Assembly: GCA_049999805.1 (NCBI GenBank)
Contig: JBNGIO010006327.1
Location: 195,394 to 259,393 of the forward strand
Length of the DNA: 64,000 bases
Reading direction: 5' to 3'
DNA from: Folioceros fuciformis
Lineage: Eukaryota
Part shown: positions 59,999 to 64,000 of the stretch, one piece after another
Position numbering within the stretch: the first letter of the stretch is position 1
How the letters are laid out: each line of letters starts with the position of its first letter
Position numbers and translations under genes: made by a program
The notes under the pieces: model-generated
The model's input: only the letters and a program-made list of their open reading frames with translations
Told to the model about the DNA's origin: nothing
Databases searched by the model: none

Positions 59999-62900
59999 AT
60001 GGCTCAGTTAGTGCGTGAGAAAGCTCTTAGGGAGATGCGTGCCGTGATAGGGCCTGATGCCTCGGAGAAGCATATGCTCCATTCCCTCTACTTAGCAAGG
60101 GACGATGTGTTGTCGGCTATTAACATATACTTCGATACTCCGCAAGGAGAAGCTATTGCTAGACCAGTCCCTGTGGTCAAGAGGCCTCCACTCGCACCAG
60201 CACCGGTACCGGTACCGAGAGCACACGCAGCTAGCCAAAAACGGAACTTGCAAGTTCCGCCTGAAGTGAGTGTCATCAGGGGATCCCAGGTGGGGGCCCC
60301 TCCTGTAGTCAGGGCTGTGCAAGCTAGAGGGCAAGTTCCTTCGCGGCCTGTTCAGGTGGTGGCTCCAGTCAGCATGCCTGAGGTGGTGGGTGCTGAGGTT
60401 GTGGCTCCCGCCAGCAGGCCTGAGGTGGTGGATGCTGACATTGTGTATCCAGTCAGCAGGCCTGAGGTGGAGGGTGCTGAGGTTGTGGCTCCCGTCAGCA
60501 GGCCTGAGGTGGAGGGTGCTGAGGTTGTGGCTCCAGTCAGCAGTCCTGAGATGGAGGGTGCTGAGGTTGTGGCTCCAATCAGCCGGCCTGATGTTTCTTT
60601 GTCTCCTCGATTGTCAGAGGACAAAGTGCCTTCCTCACAACAGCAATCGGAGGATGTTCAGCTTATGGGGAAGCAGGTGATTACAGGTGTTACCGATGTT
60701 CCCGCTCAAATCTCACGAAAGGTGATTCCCAATTTGGCTAAAAGCATACTGCGGATTGATCTGGAATCAAGACCCGTGGGATCCCAACCATTGGAAAAAG
60801 TGCCAAGTGCGTGGTTGTTGCTTGGCCAAACTGAGGTAGCTGGGATTTCAACATGTAGAGGAATAAGAGTAAAGAGAGGAGATCCTATAATCTTTACGTA
60901 CCCAAAGAAGCCGAATGCCTCCAGTGACGGAAAACGTCCTTTGGGCAGACCAAAGGAATCTGCAGGGGCTGGAATCGTACGTTTTGAATCCCCCATTCAT
61001 GGAGAGGTCAGTCTAAAATCTTGGACCAGATATGAACTTGTGAGAATGAGTGCTATGTAGACCTTGCTCACGTGATACTCTGTTGCAGGTTGGTCGTCTT
61101 CCTAGGGATTGGGCAGCCTGTGTCATTCCCTTGGTCCATCAGAATAGAGTCAAGCTCGTAGGAAGGTGCAGGAGTGCTCCTGTTTTACTGAACATTATGT
61201 CCACTATCTATATTGATATCCGGTAAATTTTATGGCTGTAATCTTAACATTAGCCGCAAGTACATTTCGAACTGTCCTCTCTTTTCATTTGTTGTGCTTT
61301 TCCTGCAGAGTGTACATAAATCGCAACTTTTTTTCAAAGTTTGACAGTTTGTGGAGGAGTCTCACTTCTGTCAACACTGAAGCAACAACAAACCTCCCTC
61401 TGCCATCCCTTCTGTCATTTCTTGGGCGTAAACCGTCTCAGAAGGTGGGTGTTTAAGTTTGCTGGATTTGACTTGTGTTTTGTATCTGAGAGGCATATGA
61501 CAGTCTCAAAGCTCTTGTTCCTGTTTGGTAGGCAGAATTCACACCACAGGATTTGCTCTCTCGAAAGCGCTCCCTAGAGTCTGATAAGCAAATTCTTCAG
61601 GTATTTCTTTTGGCCTGTCTCAATGCACGTCATTATCTGCATATGGGCGTTTGGCGCTCCCACCACAACGACATGGATGTGTCATGAACAGGGAAGTAGC
61701 TCATTTACTGCAGAAAAACGGCGTAAGCTCGCAACAGGTGTTCCTACAAGTGAAGGTGGAGTCGAAGAGATTTCAGATAATGAAATCAGTGATCTTGTTG
61801 GTGCAACTGATAACTCGGAAATGCAGGTGCTGTTTCCAATGCAAGATAGTTTGTTATACGCACTGCTGCCAGGCAATGTAGCTCTTCAACACGTTAGGTC
61901 GTTGCCCATTAATAAGCTGCATACATATCTGATCGGGCTTGTTAGCAGGAGATGGAGCCCTCCAATGCCATGCTTTGCTCTCTATGGCCCTACCAGAAAC
62001 AGGCACTCTGGTGGATGACCAGCAGAGAAACTGGAGCCGCTTCTGAGCAGGCTGCGGAGACATTACATCCTTGTTGGGAATCCTATTCTTTGGCTGAGAC
62101 GTAGACTCCTTTTCCTTACTGTCTGAAACTAAGATCTTGATACTTCAGATATTGTCACATAGTGAGAACGGATATTCAAGGTTTAGTGGTTGTCTGCAGG
62201 GAAGTGTCTGTATTCTATCTCAATGTCTTCACAGGAGAGGCAACTCTGGACTTCCCCAGTGCAAAACAAACAGCCAAAGGAGGGGTAAATGCCATTTTAT
62301 TTGCTCAGCTCATCTGCAGCCTTCACACGGACACAGGAACCTGTTGTAGCACAGCCATCTTACATCATTCGTTGTTGTTCAACAGATTCTTGCAGATGCT
62401 ATGGGTTTGGGGAAAACTGTGATGACCATCTCTCTGATAGTTACCAATCCTGGACGAGGTGGCCTGAATGATGAAGGTTACTCGAAGGAGCTTGATGATC
62501 CTGGAGAACGCGTTCAACCAAACACAGCAACGACCTCAGGACAGAGAACCGAGAAGGGTGGGGGTACTTTGATTGTATGTCCCATGTCCCTGCTTGCGCA
62601 GTGGAAGGCAAGTCCATAACGCCAAACTGGGTACATTTGCTGTCTGTTAGCAATTTAACACACTCGTTGACTAGTTTTGTGAATTTGATTTTGGGCAGCA
62701 TGAGTTCGAAACACATGTCACTCCTGGTCATTTGAAAGTGTATACACATTATGGTGGTGAACGAAGAAGAGTGCTGAAGGACCTTCTGGAGTATGACATT
62801 GTGTTAACCACATACAGCACCCTACAGTCAGAGCATTCGGTACATTCTTGGAACCTTGGATATGAAGTTCAGTGCCATTGTCCATCAGGTGTCGAGACCT

Positions 62901-64000
62901 CCCTGTAATCTTGATACCTTCGAGTTTTTGACAGAGATCTCCTGACGGAAGCCCTATCCAATCTGTGCACTGGTTCCGTGTGGTTCTAGATGAAGCGCAT
63001 TCCATAAAGAATAGTAACTCTTCATGTGCACAAGCCATATTTTCTCTGACTGCAGATCGCTCTTGGTGCCTTACTGGGACACCTATTCAGGTTCGGTTTC
63101 TAGTTTGCGCAAGCTTTAGCGTTTCTGTTTTTTATGGTGATCAGTTACTCATTAGTCAGTATCCGTTGCCTCCTTTGAGCAGAACAAATTGGAGGATGTT
63201 TTCAGTCTTTTGCATTTTCTCCGTGTTGAGCCTTGGACCAATTGGGCATGGTAAAGTAGACACGTATATCCTATTTTGTTTTCTGTCAAAGCTGCGCACG
63301 TAGATGTCTTCGGTTTTTTTTATGCTGATTCAATGTCCCACCTGAAACAGGTGGAACAGACTCATTCAAAAGCCATTCGAGGAGGGTGATGAGCGAGCTT
63401 TAGCTCTCCTGCAGCACGTCTTAAGGCCTCTTATGCTTCGGAGAACTAAGGACACCAAAGACAAAGACGGAAGGTTAGTGTTCTTCAGGATGGGCACTGT
63501 TTGAAGTTTCCCGGCTCTTCATCTAACGGCAAGTCTTCTTGTATCCCAGGCCAATCCTCGAGTTACCTCCTGCTGACATGCAGCTCGTCTACTGTGACCT
63601 GTCAGAAGCAGAGAGGGATTTTTATGACGCTGTACATAATAAATCGAAGGTCAGCATGACTACGGATGTCTTCCCTCTGTGGTGTTGTGGCCAGGTGCCT
63701 AAGTTGGCAAGCTGTTCGTGCAGATAAAATTTGACCAATTCGTGGAGCAAGGAAAGGTGCTTCACAATTATGCTTCAATTCTGGAGCTTTTGCTCCGAAT
63801 GCGACAATGTTGTGATCATCCATTTCTTGTCATGAGGTACTCGTCTGTGTGCTTTTACGGTGTTTGGCTGTGTCAATGCTTGACGTTGGACACCATGGTT
63901 TCTATCGCGGATTTTAATGGTGTGAACTTGCCTCACAGTCGCAGTGACACTGACGAGTTCGCGGATCTGGACAAATTGGCCAAACGTTTCTTAGATGGAG
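59999..64000 (+). CDS. RAD5A: RAD5A-like SNF2 helicase/E3 (CUE-like N-terminus, HIRAN, SNF2_N); truncated by window end
   Basis: AINIYFDTP, GISTCRG..IVRFE..GEVGRLP, LWPYQKQALWWM, GGILADAMGLGKTV, TLIVCPMSLLAQW, WFRVVLDEAH, WCLTGTPIQ, LLRMRQCCDHP. Confidence 0.94.
60356..60595 (+). repeat. 42-bp coding tandem repeat (14 aa x about 5.7) in RAD5A
   Basis: VVAPVSRPEVEGAE units. Confidence 0.93.

Overview
Eukaryotic land-plant nuclear DNA with short (about 80-120 bp) introns and one 100-N gap. A nuclear-encoded mitochondrial rpl5, PPR debris and CRE-like retroelements suggest a non-seed plant such as a hornwort or lycophyte (inference only). 1-17 kb is a nest of three related, decayed Ty1/Copia LTR retrotransposons. 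One is complete (212-bp TG..TA LTRs, Met-i PBS, CCCTT TSD) and sits inside the integrase of an older one. All three appear to carry an extra sense ORF before gag and an antisense ORF at the 3' side. 18.9-27 kb holds a divergent GH3, GID4 and a group II-like GH3, followed by tRNA-Leu(TAG) and a composite DR5+IR7 TGTCTC cluster. Next come a PARP1-like gene with one zinc finger and an altered nicotinamide pocket, a PIP1-like aquaporin with an F-I-T-R filter, PPR pseudogene fragments and CRE-like non-LTR remnants. The window ends with SWI3A-like, intronless CHLP, nuclear mitochondrial RPL5 and the 5' part of RAD5A. Protein identities come from remembered family motifs; no database search was run.
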